From Anaerolineaceae bacterium (lineage in GTDB: Bacteria; Chloroflexota; Anaerolineae; Anaerolineales; Anaerolineaceae), in the NCBI GenBank assembly GCA_021107195.1, contig JAIOTF010000013.1:1-50463 (forward strand): a stretch of 50,463 bases of DNA, in the 5' to 3' direction. Each line of letters opens with the position of its first letter. Position 1 is the stretch's first letter. A program made the position numbers and the translations under genes. This document shows positions 18,927 to 26,583 of the stretch, in pieces. The notes below the pieces were generated by a model that was not told where the DNA came from, did not search any database, and worked only from the letters and a program-made list of their open reading frames with translations.

Positions 18927-20471
18927 ATGAAGACCCAAAAATTGTTTTACCGGACGGCAACTCTGCTCGTGGTGTTGTGTTTGGCCCTGGCAGCTTCCAC
19001 ACCAGCGGTCGCAAAAGCTCCCGCCGTACCTGCACAGGCCGGAGCGGCGTTGATGTCGTTGCAAGCCTCTGCAGCATCTGTTAACGTGGGCGACACCTTC
19101 AATGTGACCGTACAGGTGGTAGCCGGCGTTCAGGAAGTGGATACGGTGCAAGCCAGTATCGACTTTGACCCGAATTATCTGGAGGTCGTTGCCCCGCCGA
19201 CTTCAAGCGGTGTCCTCACTACACCTCTCCAGAATGTCTATGACAATTCCCTCGGCACCGTGGATTTCGGTGCGGGTTTGTTGGGTAGTTCCATTTCGGG
19301 GACGTTTTCTGTGGTCACTGTCCAGTTTCGGGTGAAAGCTGCAACCAGTGGCACGACCCTTTCCTTCCATTCAGGTTTGCCGCGTGAGACCAACGTGCTC
19401 TATCAGGGCAGTTCTGTCTTTGGCGGCGCAACGGGTACCACCATTGCCGTAACGGGCAGCGGCGGGCCAACCCCAACCCCTGGACCAAACCCCAATCCCA
19501 ATCCCAATCCTTATCCGTATCCTTATTATTATCCTTACTATTACGGAAATATTCCCACCTTCGGTATCCTTTCGGTAATAGAGGATGATACGGTTACGGT
19601 GCAAACTTATAACTTCCCCGCTAATCGGGACTTCATTGTCCGCATGGGGCCCTATGGTGGATACGGCGTCGGCGGTATTGAGGTTGCTACCCTGAATTCC
19701 GGCACAGGCGGCTCATTCCAGGCCACTTTTGACATTCCGGATTCATTAAAGGGCAGTTATCAGATTGCGGTACGCATGGATAGCACCACTGGAGGCTACT
19801 ACAGCTTCAACTGGTTCTATAACAACACCAGTACCTCATCCGGTGGTTCCTACATTCCGACCGGGATTCCATATACAGACGTGATCAGCGTTGTTTCTGA
19901 TTCGACTGTTACTTTACAGACCTACAACTTCCCACCTAATCTTGATTTCACAGTGCGGATTGGTGCATACGGTACATACGGCATCAATGGTACCGTTGTT
20001 GCCACGACCAATTCCGGTACGGGGGGGGCCTTCCAGGTGACTTACAATATTCCTGACGCACTCAAGGGCAGCAGTATGCTCTCGATCCGTCTGGAAAACC
20101 TCGCTACCGGGTATTATGCCTACGATTGGTTTTATAATGCCGATGGTGGGGGGTATACACCGCCAGGCGGCAGCCTGCCGAACTACACAGGTTTCCCTTA
20201 CACAAGTGTAACCAATGTGGTCAAGGATACATCTGTAACGTTGCAAACCTACAATTTTCCGGCGAATCTCGACTTCACAGTACGGGTTGGCCCATACGGT
20301 ACATATGGGGTCAATGGTGTCGTAGCTGATACGATCAACTCCGGTACAGGCGGTTCTTTCCCGGTAACGGTCAGTATCCCCGCCCAGTATGTTGGTACGC
20401 CGATGCTGTCCATTCGCTTTGAAAATGCAGCTTCAGGATACAATGCTTATGACTGGTTTTATAATCAGTAA
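18927..20471 (+). CDS. Secreted protein: signal peptide, cohesin-like domain, Pro-rich linker, then three tandem copies of an unrecognised ~95-109 aa domain
   Basis: ORF 18855-20471; AGGAGG precedes ATG 18927. Signal peptide MKTQKLFYRTATLLVVLCLALAASTPAVAKA. Cohesin-like segment VNVGDTFNVTVQVVAGVQEVDTVQASIDFDPNYLEVV...VTVQFRV. Linker GPTPTPGPNPNPNPNPYPYPYYYPYYY. Three repeats share TV(T/L)QTYNFP.N.DF.VR.G.YG.YG..G..VAT.NSGTGG.F...IPD.LKG......R.....GYY.(F/Y).WFYN. Confidence 0.8.
   Translation: MKTQKLFYRTATLLVVLCLALAASTPAVAKAPAVPAQAGAALMSLQASAASVNVGDTFNVTVQVVAGVQEVDTVQASIDFDPNYLEVVAPPTSSGVLTTPLQNVYDNSLGTVDFGAGLLGSSISGTFSVVTVQFRVKAATSGTTLSFHSGLPRETNVLYQGSSVFGGATGTTIAVTGSGGPTPTPGPNPNPNPNPYPYPYYYPYYYGNIPTFGILSVIEDDTVTVQTYNFPANRDFIVRMGPYGGYGVGGIEVATLNSGTGGSFQATFDIPDSLKGSYQIAVRMDSTTGGYYSFNWFYNNTSTSSGGSYIPTGIPYTDVISVVSDSTVTLQTYNFPPNLDFTVRIGAYGTYGINGTVVATTNSGTGGAFQVTYNIPDALKGSSMLSIRLENLATGYYAYDWFYNADGGGYTPPGGSLPNYTGFPYTSVTNVVKDTSVTLQTYNFPANLDFTVRVGPYGTYGVNGVVADTINSGTGGSFPVTVSIPAQYVGTPMLSIRFENAASGYNAYDWFYNQ
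19545..20468 (+). repeat. Three tandem in-frame coding repeats (19545-19862, 19863-20189, 20190-20468) inside the cohesin protein gene
   Basis: By-eye alignment of the three translated segments shows a conserved core (see the CDS entry). The copies are diverged at the DNA level, so this is an old domain triplication. Confidence 0.8.
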
Positions 20472-20503
20472 GCATTAGTCCCACTTTTGCTTTACCTTTT
20501 TAC

Positions 20504-20541
20504 CCTCCCGCTGATCTTAAATCCAGCGGGAGGCTTTTTTT
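20504..20541 (+). terminator. Rho-independent terminator after the cohesin-repeat gene
   Basis: Perfect 10-bp stem CCTCCCGCTG / CAGCGGGAGG with a 10-nt loop, followed by CTTTTTTTAA. Confidence 0.85.
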
Positions 20542-20630
20542 AATCCGGATATCTTGTACCAGACTTGATATGGAGGATCGAAGAAATCAAAATCATCATA
20601 GCGAAGATGGTGGAGGGTGCTTTTCACCAC

Positions 20631-20660
20631 AGACGGACACAGTCCAGACGGACACAGTCC
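20631..20660. repeat. Perfect 15-bp direct tandem repeat (AGACGGACACAGTCC x2) in a convergent intergenic region
   Basis: Read directly: 20631-20645 and 20646-20660 are identical, and a partial third unit ACAG follows. Confidence 0.9.
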
Positions 20661-20794
20661 ACAGGTAAGCGTTGGCACAGATCTACTCTTACAATGGATT
20701 TGTTTTCACCAGGGTGTTCGCGGAAGATCTTGAAAAAGGGTGAGCAGGAAAACGAGACATCAAATTCCAGGTAGGCGAAGCAGAAGAATGGGTT

Positions 20795-23194
20795 TTATGG
20801 CACAGCTTTGAATAACTGATTGCCATACGCCAGCAAGATCACTCGATTGCCCGGGGAAACGATGGTAAATGCAGTTGGTTCACCCTCCGGTATCCGGTAA
20901 TCGGCGTCAAATTTTGGGTAGAATTTCTCATTCAACGTTTTCAAGCTAGTCGTGAATTGATAAATGACTGCCTGCTTGCTGTCCAGGATTGTCACGTAAG
21001 AGAAGGGAGCAGGATTAGACATCATTTGACTGAATTGATTTTGGAATGATCCTGTATTGGCAGTTGCCGCATCACTGATTGCGTATTTGACCAGATCGAT
21101 GGGCATGTCGGTGCAGACTGTGGGTTGTTGAATTTCATTTTTTTCATTGACAATGCGCGGGTCACATATTGTCATTGTTCCTGACTCGTGTAACAGATAG
21201 ATCTGGTTTTCAAAATAGACAACATCAACCACGTCTTTGAGGTTTGGAATAGTGGCATCAAAGAAGAAGCGGTCCTTGCTACCTTCATAGTCCAGAATTT
21301 CAGCATCCTCGCTATTATCATGTTTGAAGAACCACATAGCGTTGTTATCCGGACTGAGCACAAACATCCCGATTTCGCTGATCTCTATACTTTTGATCTC
21401 TCCCCATCCTTCCGCAGGGGTTGCCAATGTGCCAGAGACTGGCTCCAGGTCTGGCACACAGAATAGATAATTTCCCGCCTTGTCTAAAGCCAGAATGGGT
21501 GCTCCTTTGGGAATTGGTTTGTCAAACATCTTTTTGTTCAGCACTACCATGTCAACCAGAGGTTGGATTGTGATGCCGTCCACCGCTCCCGGCCCGCATT
21601 TGAAATTAGGATCCAGACTGTATTCGTAATCCTGACCGGTTTGAATCAAACGCTGAACCGTTCCGCTGTTGCTGTCCAGCAGATAAATATCGCTCTCGTT
21701 GGCTACCATTTGCGTGATATGCCATCCTCGATTTGTGTCTGTGCCCAGGATCGGGTAATAGTTCAGCCGTGTGATGTCATTGATCGTATCCAGTGTTTCT
21801 TCCGCTTTGGCGCGCAACATACGGGACTCTTCGCTTTGCCCAAAGTTGTCTGCCTGGTCCAACCATGTGAGCACTTGCATCCAGCTTGTGGCACGCAGGG
21901 TAGGATCAGAAGTGATGTCGGCTTCGGTGGCAGTGGCCATTGCTCTGCTCAGATATTCCTGACGTTGTTCATTGCGGCCAGTCGTAAAATAGACAGCCGA
22001 AGCAATAACTGCGATCAGGACAGGAACCACGATAGCAATTGCCAGCATTGTTTTGGGGGAGAGAGAAAGGTTGAGGGGATCGTCTCCCGGTAAAAATCGC
22101 CCCAGTAATTTTGAAAGGCGGTTCTTGATCTTGCCCTGGGTGGCTTTGCCGCTGACCCACAGGTCGGCCAGTTTCTCTTTTACCTCTGGTTGGCTGCGAC
22201 GCATCTGGCGGCGTGGGCCAGGTTGTTTGGTCTGCGGCATGCTTACCTGCCCGGTGGGAGATGCTGATGGAACAACGCCACTTGTGTCGGGCTCCGCCGT
22301 CTGTCGGTCGGGAACCGGCGGAAGAGTTGTAAGCGGGATTTTCTCAATAGCTGGTTCAGCCGGAGGCGCTTCAGCCATAGGGGGCGGGCTGCCGGGGGGC
22401 TCAGCCGCCGCTGGCGGCGCAGCGGGTTCAACGGGTGCTTCGCTCTGGATACCTTGTGCCCGCGGCTGATAAATGCGCCCCTGTCCCCGGCGGAACTGGA
22501 GCAACACTGCTCGTAATTCGTTTAGAGATGGTTCAAGGATTCGGCGGCGTATCTGTCCGAGCGGCAGCCGGGAAATGTCTTCCAGCGTTCCCGCTGTCCA
22601 GGATTCTGGCGGTTCAGGGCAAAAGATCAGCAGATCGCCGGGAGCGGCTTCGGTTTGGAAATAACTGAGCTGGATTGAGCGCCCCACTCCCAGTCCGCGG
22701 CCGGCGGTAAAGGGTTCATAGAAAGTCTGAACACCTGTTTTTCCCAGGAAAAAGGATTTGGTATCGCCAGCATGCACAACAAAAATTTGATTTCTACGCA
22801 GAACAGCCAGATTAAAAATGCCGATTTTTTGTCTGTTTCCATGACCAGATTGATTTTTCTTTAAGAGGAAGCTGTTCAGGTCTTCGGCTACAGTGCGCAG
22901 ACCGGTGGTGGCAGAACCGCGGGAATTGAAATACGTCGTTGCTAACCGGTTGAGCAATTCATCCATTTGGCTGAAGGGCAGCCAGGCATCTTCTTCCAGG
23001 GTCAGGAACAGGAAAAGAATGTCCTCGCTGCGGTTGCGATGGGCTCTTTTGGGGGCATCTTTCACCAGTAAGCCAGGAATTCTAACGCTTTCCTGACCGG
23101 CACTGCGGTGGAGTGGCAGAGTATAAATATCAAACACGTTTTTTCCTGTCGTTTTGTTGTTTTCTTTGAATTGATTATACATCCATTCGCTCAT
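20795..23194 (-). CDS. Membrane protein: N-terminal cytoplasmic PP2C/SpoIIE-like domain (probably inactive), Pro/Ala-rich linker, one TM helix, large extracytoplasmic domain
   Basis: ORF 20795-23206 starts at TTG; the first ATG is at 23194. NLAVLRRNQIFVVHAGDTKSFFL and APGDLLIFCPEPPESW mirror the PP2C motifs (vanvGDSRayl; pGD.lll.SDGl), but acidic metal ligands are replaced. The TM helix is LAIAIVVPVLIAVIASAVYF. Confidence 0.65.
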   Translation of the reverse strand: MSEWMYNQFKENNKTTGKNVFDIYTLPLHRSAGQESVRIPGLLVKDAPKRAHRNRSEDILFLFLTLEEDAWLPFSQMDELLNRLATTYFNSRGSATTGLRTVAEDLNSFLLKKNQSGHGNRQKIGIFNLAVLRRNQIFVVHAGDTKSFFLGKTGVQTFYEPFTAGRGLGVGRSIQLSYFQTEAAPGDLLIFCPEPPESWTAGTLEDISRLPLGQIRRRILEPSLNELRAVLLQFRRGQGRIYQPRAQGIQSEAPVEPAAPPAAAEPPGSPPPMAEAPPAEPAIEKIPLTTLPPVPDRQTAEPDTSGVVPSASPTGQVSMPQTKQPGPRRQMRRSQPEVKEKLADLWVSGKATQGKIKNRLSKLLGRFLPGDDPLNLSLSPKTMLAIAIVVPVLIAVIASAVYFTTGRNEQRQEYLSRAMATATEADITSDPTLRATSWMQVLTWLDQADNFGQSEESRMLRAKAEETLDTINDITRLNYYPILGTDTNRGWHITQMVANESDIYLLDSNSGTVQRLIQTGQDYEYSLDPNFKCGPGAVDGITIQPLVDMVVLNKKMFDKPIPKGAPILALDKAGNYLFCVPDLEPVSGTLATPAEGWGEIKSIEISEIGMFVLSPDNNAMWFFKHDNSEDAEILDYEGSKDRFFFDATIPNLKDVVDVVYFENQIYLLHESGTMTICDPRIVNEKNEIQQPTVCTDMPIDLVKYAISDAATANTGSFQNQFSQMMSNPAPFSYVTILDSKQAVIYQFTTSLKTLNEKFYPKFDADYRIPEGEPTAFTIVSPGNRVILLAYGNQLFKAVP

Positions 23195-23613
23195 AGTTTT
23201 TTTCAATCATCTGTGCGCATCACAAAATTCATCATTCTATGTGCGATGATGATTACGGAAATGGTTGCATGCTCTGTACCTGCTTTGTTGATTCCCGGGT
23301 CCGAAAAGTTCATTCTTCTTAATCAGTGAAAATTTGGTATGATTAACAATATATTTGGGGAAACCTCGGTTATCATTTGTATTGTACTTTGATATTTAGT
23401 AGGGATGTTTTGCTTGTTTTTTGTGGTCAGATTGGTATACTTAATTAGATAGAGTTTTAACCATGAGTACTTTGTATCAAGCCATTGCTGAAATTGGCAT
23501 ATTTGTTGCAAGTAATGGTGGGAGGAACCTTTAGTATTTATCCTTAGAATTACCGATATAGGGAGATGTGAAAGGTATTCACATCGTCGGGCAATTTGTC
23601 CAGGAGGAGTTAG

Positions 23614-25749
23614 ATGAAGACATTGAAAATCGCAGTTTTGATTGCCATGTTAGTGAACATGGTCTTTCTCACCGGGAGTGCGCCGCTTGATGCGGGGCCT
23701 GTTGTCCCGGATGTGGTAGAACCACCGGCAAAGATATCTCCTCGCCCGGCAGCGGTTCAGGGGACTGGTTCGCAGACTGTCAATGGCTGGCCCCCAACCA
23801 ATTATGGCGGTTCAGGCGTGGCGACCAACCCTTCATATCCCAACCGTGTCATTTTGAATGGTTATGTTGGTGATTATGCCTGGGCGTTGTACGTCTTTAC
23901 CCTGCCGCCCGAAGTAGCTGTTGATGGCACAAACTTGCTGGATCTCACTATTGGATTCTATGGCGGTGATTTCAATGCTGGCGGTGATCCGCCCGCAATT
24001 GAATTGTGGAATTACAATACGAGCGGGTATGCTACCAGCGTTGACGCAGCTTATGAAGCCACTGGCTGGCACATGATTAACACCACTGCCTTGGCGGCTG
24101 ATCCTGTTTCGGATTATGTCGATGCCAATGGTCAAGTCTGGGTACGCATCCGCACCTACCCGGGCGTTTCCGCTTTTGTGGATAATGTTAAGGTGAGCTA
24201 TATCTATAATAAGGCGCCCAATCCGCCGATCCTGGTTACGCCAGCGGATCACTCTATCAATATTTCCACATATCCCACTTTCACATGGGACGAGAACAGT
24301 AATGATATCAGCGTCAGTTATTCAGTGTATTTGCAGCGCTTTGGCGACCCCAACTTTACTATCGTTCCCGGTTGTACCGACGTTTTTGGTTCAAGCTGTA
24401 CGCTGACCGGTTTTCCGGTTGCGGGCACGCCTTTGCTCCCCGGTTGGGCCTATGACTGGAAAGTGAGCGCCAAAGATGTCAGCAATTACACGGTCTTCAG
24501 CACCACTACCAGGCAGTTCACCACTTACGGTACTTGCCATGCGTTGACTTTCAATGTGTTTGGTAATTCCGGCGTCGCACCGTTGACATCGCCGATAAGT
24601 TCTTCGGGATGTCCGGATAATCATTACTATGCCGGAACCGTGGTCAATTTGACCGCACAGCCTGATATGGGCAAAGAAGTGTTCAGTTGGACGAACACGG
24701 ACGATGATACTCTTGAGGGTTTGACCAATACGGTTACCATGCCGAATGCTGCTCATGCAGTTGACATTGTATATGAACCGTCCTGTTATCTTTTGACCGC
24801 TGCCTATACTGGCACTGGTCTTGATCCTACGGCCAGCCCGCTGCGCTCTTCACCCACCTGTGACCCGTTGGGCGATGGCTATTTCATTTATGATGAAGCC
24901 ATAACCATGACTGCATATCCAGACCTGCCCTTGTGGTATCTGGCAAGCTGGACTGGTACATCTGGCGCTTTCAACAACACTTTCACCATGCCGCCCTATG
25001 ATCACACTGTAACGGCTAATTACTCACAGGCCTGCTATTCATTGACCCTTACGCATAACGGTAACGGCGCCAATCCTATTGCCAATCCAACCATGTCTGC
25101 TGGCTGTGATCCCGGAAAATACTTGTCCGGCGAAGCCATTACATTGAACGCCACCCCGGACTTTGGCTATTCGGTGAGCGGCTGGACGGGCACGGATAAC
25201 GATACCAGCACCAATAGCACCAATACACTGACCATGCCCAATTTCAATCAGAATGCGTCGGTGACCTATGCAGTAGCAGGCGCAACTGCCACGATCAACG
25301 GCAGCGTTAGTCTGACTGGCCGCCCGATACCGCCTAACAATCAATGGTTGACCAACCTGACCATCAAGCTGCTTTCCCCCGGTACATCCACGGTGCATTA
25401 CACTTTCACTGTCAACACGGATAATATGGGCGAATTCAGCATCCCCGGTCTGATCCCGGGAACCTACGACATTCTCACCAAGGGTGCAACCACGCTGCAG
25501 AACAAGATATCTTCAAAGGTGATTGCCGACGGCTTGAATGCCTTTACAATGGGAACCCTCAAAGAAGGCGATTCAAACAATGACAATTATGTCAATGCCA
25601 CCGACTTTTCCTTGTTGGCTGCTTCCTATGGTAAGTGCCTGGGGACGACTGGCTACAATGATTATGCCGATTTCAATAATGACAACTGCGTGACCGGGGC
25701 TGACTTCTCCTTGTTGGCCACGAACTACGGTCTTGGCGGACAGTGGTAA
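23614..25749 (+). CDS. Secreted multi-domain surface protein with a C-terminal type-I dockerin
   Basis: CCAGGAGGAG RBS and a signal peptide MKTLKIAVLIAMLVNMVFLTGSA. An FN3-like segment is followed by three ~83-aa repeats (C..LT......G..P.....S..C....Y..G..+.+TA.PD.G....W.GT......T..TMP......V.Y) that resemble Listeria-Bacteroides/InlB B-type repeats. Then come a PEGA/CarboxypepD_reg-like segment and a duplicated Ca-binding dockerin motif GDSNNDNYVNATDFSLLAASYG ... DFNNDNCVTGADFSLLATNYG. Confidence 0.85.
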   Translation: MKTLKIAVLIAMLVNMVFLTGSAPLDAGPVVPDVVEPPAKISPRPAAVQGTGSQTVNGWPPTNYGGSGVATNPSYPNRVILNGYVGDYAWALYVFTLPPEVAVDGTNLLDLTIGFYGGDFNAGGDPPAIELWNYNTSGYATSVDAAYEATGWHMINTTALAADPVSDYVDANGQVWVRIRTYPGVSAFVDNVKVSYIYNKAPNPPILVTPADHSINISTYPTFTWDENSNDISVSYSVYLQRFGDPNFTIVPGCTDVFGSSCTLTGFPVAGTPLLPGWAYDWKVSAKDVSNYTVFSTTTRQFTTYGTCHALTFNVFGNSGVAPLTSPISSSGCPDNHYYAGTVVNLTAQPDMGKEVFSWTNTDDDTLEGLTNTVTMPNAAHAVDIVYEPSCYLLTAAYTGTGLDPTASPLRSSPTCDPLGDGYFIYDEAITMTAYPDLPLWYLASWTGTSGAFNNTFTMPPYDHTVTANYSQACYSLTLTHNGNGANPIANPTMSAGCDPGKYLSGEAITLNATPDFGYSVSGWTGTDNDTSTNSTNTLTMPNFNQNASVTYAVAGATATINGSVSLTGRPIPPNNQWLTNLTIKLLSPGTSTVHYTFTVNTDNMGEFSIPGLIPGTYDILTKGATTLQNKISSKVIADGLNAFTMGTLKEGDSNNDNYVNATDFSLLAASYGKCLGTTGYNDYADFNNDNCVTGADFSLLATNYGLGGQW

Positions 25750-25763
25750 GTTTCTTTAGATCT

Positions 25764-26378
25764 ATGAGTATCAAAGCAGCGCCAGGTTTCCTGGCGCTGC
25801 TCTTTCTGTTATCAGCCTGTCAACCCCAGGTCGAGGTAGAAGAAGCAGAACCATCTGCTTTGCCCGTGGTAACTGTTACACCAGTAGTGTTGGCTGCCGA
25901 AACAGCAGAGAAAGAACAGCATATTGCCCAGCCTCCTGAAAAAACAGCCGCTTTTTTTCTGGAATTACAGGACGAGCTGGTACAGGCTGGAGAAGAATTT
26001 GTAGTTTGTGTTCTTGTTGACACGGGCGGCCAGGAGGTGGATACAATCCAGGTCAGTTTGAATTTTGACTCCAAGCTGTTAGAAGTGGTTGAACTCCGAC
26101 CCGGCGAAGTTTTCGATACAGAGCTGCAATCCATGTTTGATAACCAGGCCGGAATGATTGATTATGCTGCCGGTTTACTGGGAAGCAAACGAAGCGGGCA
26201 AGTGGAAGTTATGCAAATTGAATTGAAAGCACTGCAAGAAACCGCAGCCAGTACTTCGCTCTCATTCAATTTTGGCCTCCCGCGTGAAACCGGCGTCTAC
26301 CTGGAAGGCTACTCGGTGCTTAAAGAAGATGGAGCCCAGGATTTTGTCATCCCACTGGAAGATGCTCCTGGCGAATAA
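25764..26378 (+). CDS. Lipoprotein with a cohesin-like domain (paralogue of the cohesin module in 18927-20471)
   Basis: ORF 25743-26378 (GTG); ATG is at 25764. Lipobox LLFLLSAC. EFVVCVLVDTGGQEVDTIQVSLNFDSKLLEVV...MIDYAAGLLGS...LSFNFGLPRETGVY aligns by eye with FNVTVQVVAGVQEVDTVQASIDFDPNYLEVV...TVDFGAGLLGS...LSFHSGLPRETNVLY. Confidence 0.8.
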   Translation: MSIKAAPGFLALLFLLSACQPQVEVEEAEPSALPVVTVTPVVLAAETAEKEQHIAQPPEKTAAFFLELQDELVQAGEEFVVCVLVDTGGQEVDTIQVSLNFDSKLLEVVELRPGEVFDTELQSMFDNQAGMIDYAAGLLGSKRSGQVEVMQIELKALQETAASTSLSFNFGLPRETGVYLEGYSVLKEDGAQDFVIPLEDAPGE

Positions 26379-26410
26379 GGGGACTATCTTTAATTGTTCA
26401 ATAGTAATGA

Positions 26411-26450
26411 TATAAGCCTCCTGATCCAAGCAGGAGGCTTATAATTTGCA
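26411..26450 (+). terminator. Hairpin terminator after the cohesin lipoprotein gene
   Basis: 13-bp stem TATAAGCCTCCTG / CAGGAGGCTTATA with a 7-nt loop, followed by a weak U-tract (ATTTGCATATT). Confidence 0.55.
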
Positions 26451-26583
26451 TATTCAATTGTGAGTCACAGGTGGAGAGCGTTCGCGCAAAAGTCAACCAG
26501 CTCCATTTCATCCGTGCTTTTCAATTAACTTCATTTGTGGTAATCTTATTTTTCAGTTATCCCCATTGCAGGAGGAACACCCT

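Noticed and set aside
19461-20468. Repetitive DNA considered as a possible CRISPR array or satellite.
   Set aside because: The repeats are in frame within a long ORF that has a signal peptide. They encode a Pro-rich linker and three diverged protein domains. There are no spacer-like unique units of regular length.
20565-20774. 69-aa ORF in the gap between convergent genes.
   Set aside because: It has no RBS. Its sequence is partly generated by the 15-bp tandem repeat (RRTQSRRTQS), and it lies downstream of a strong terminator.
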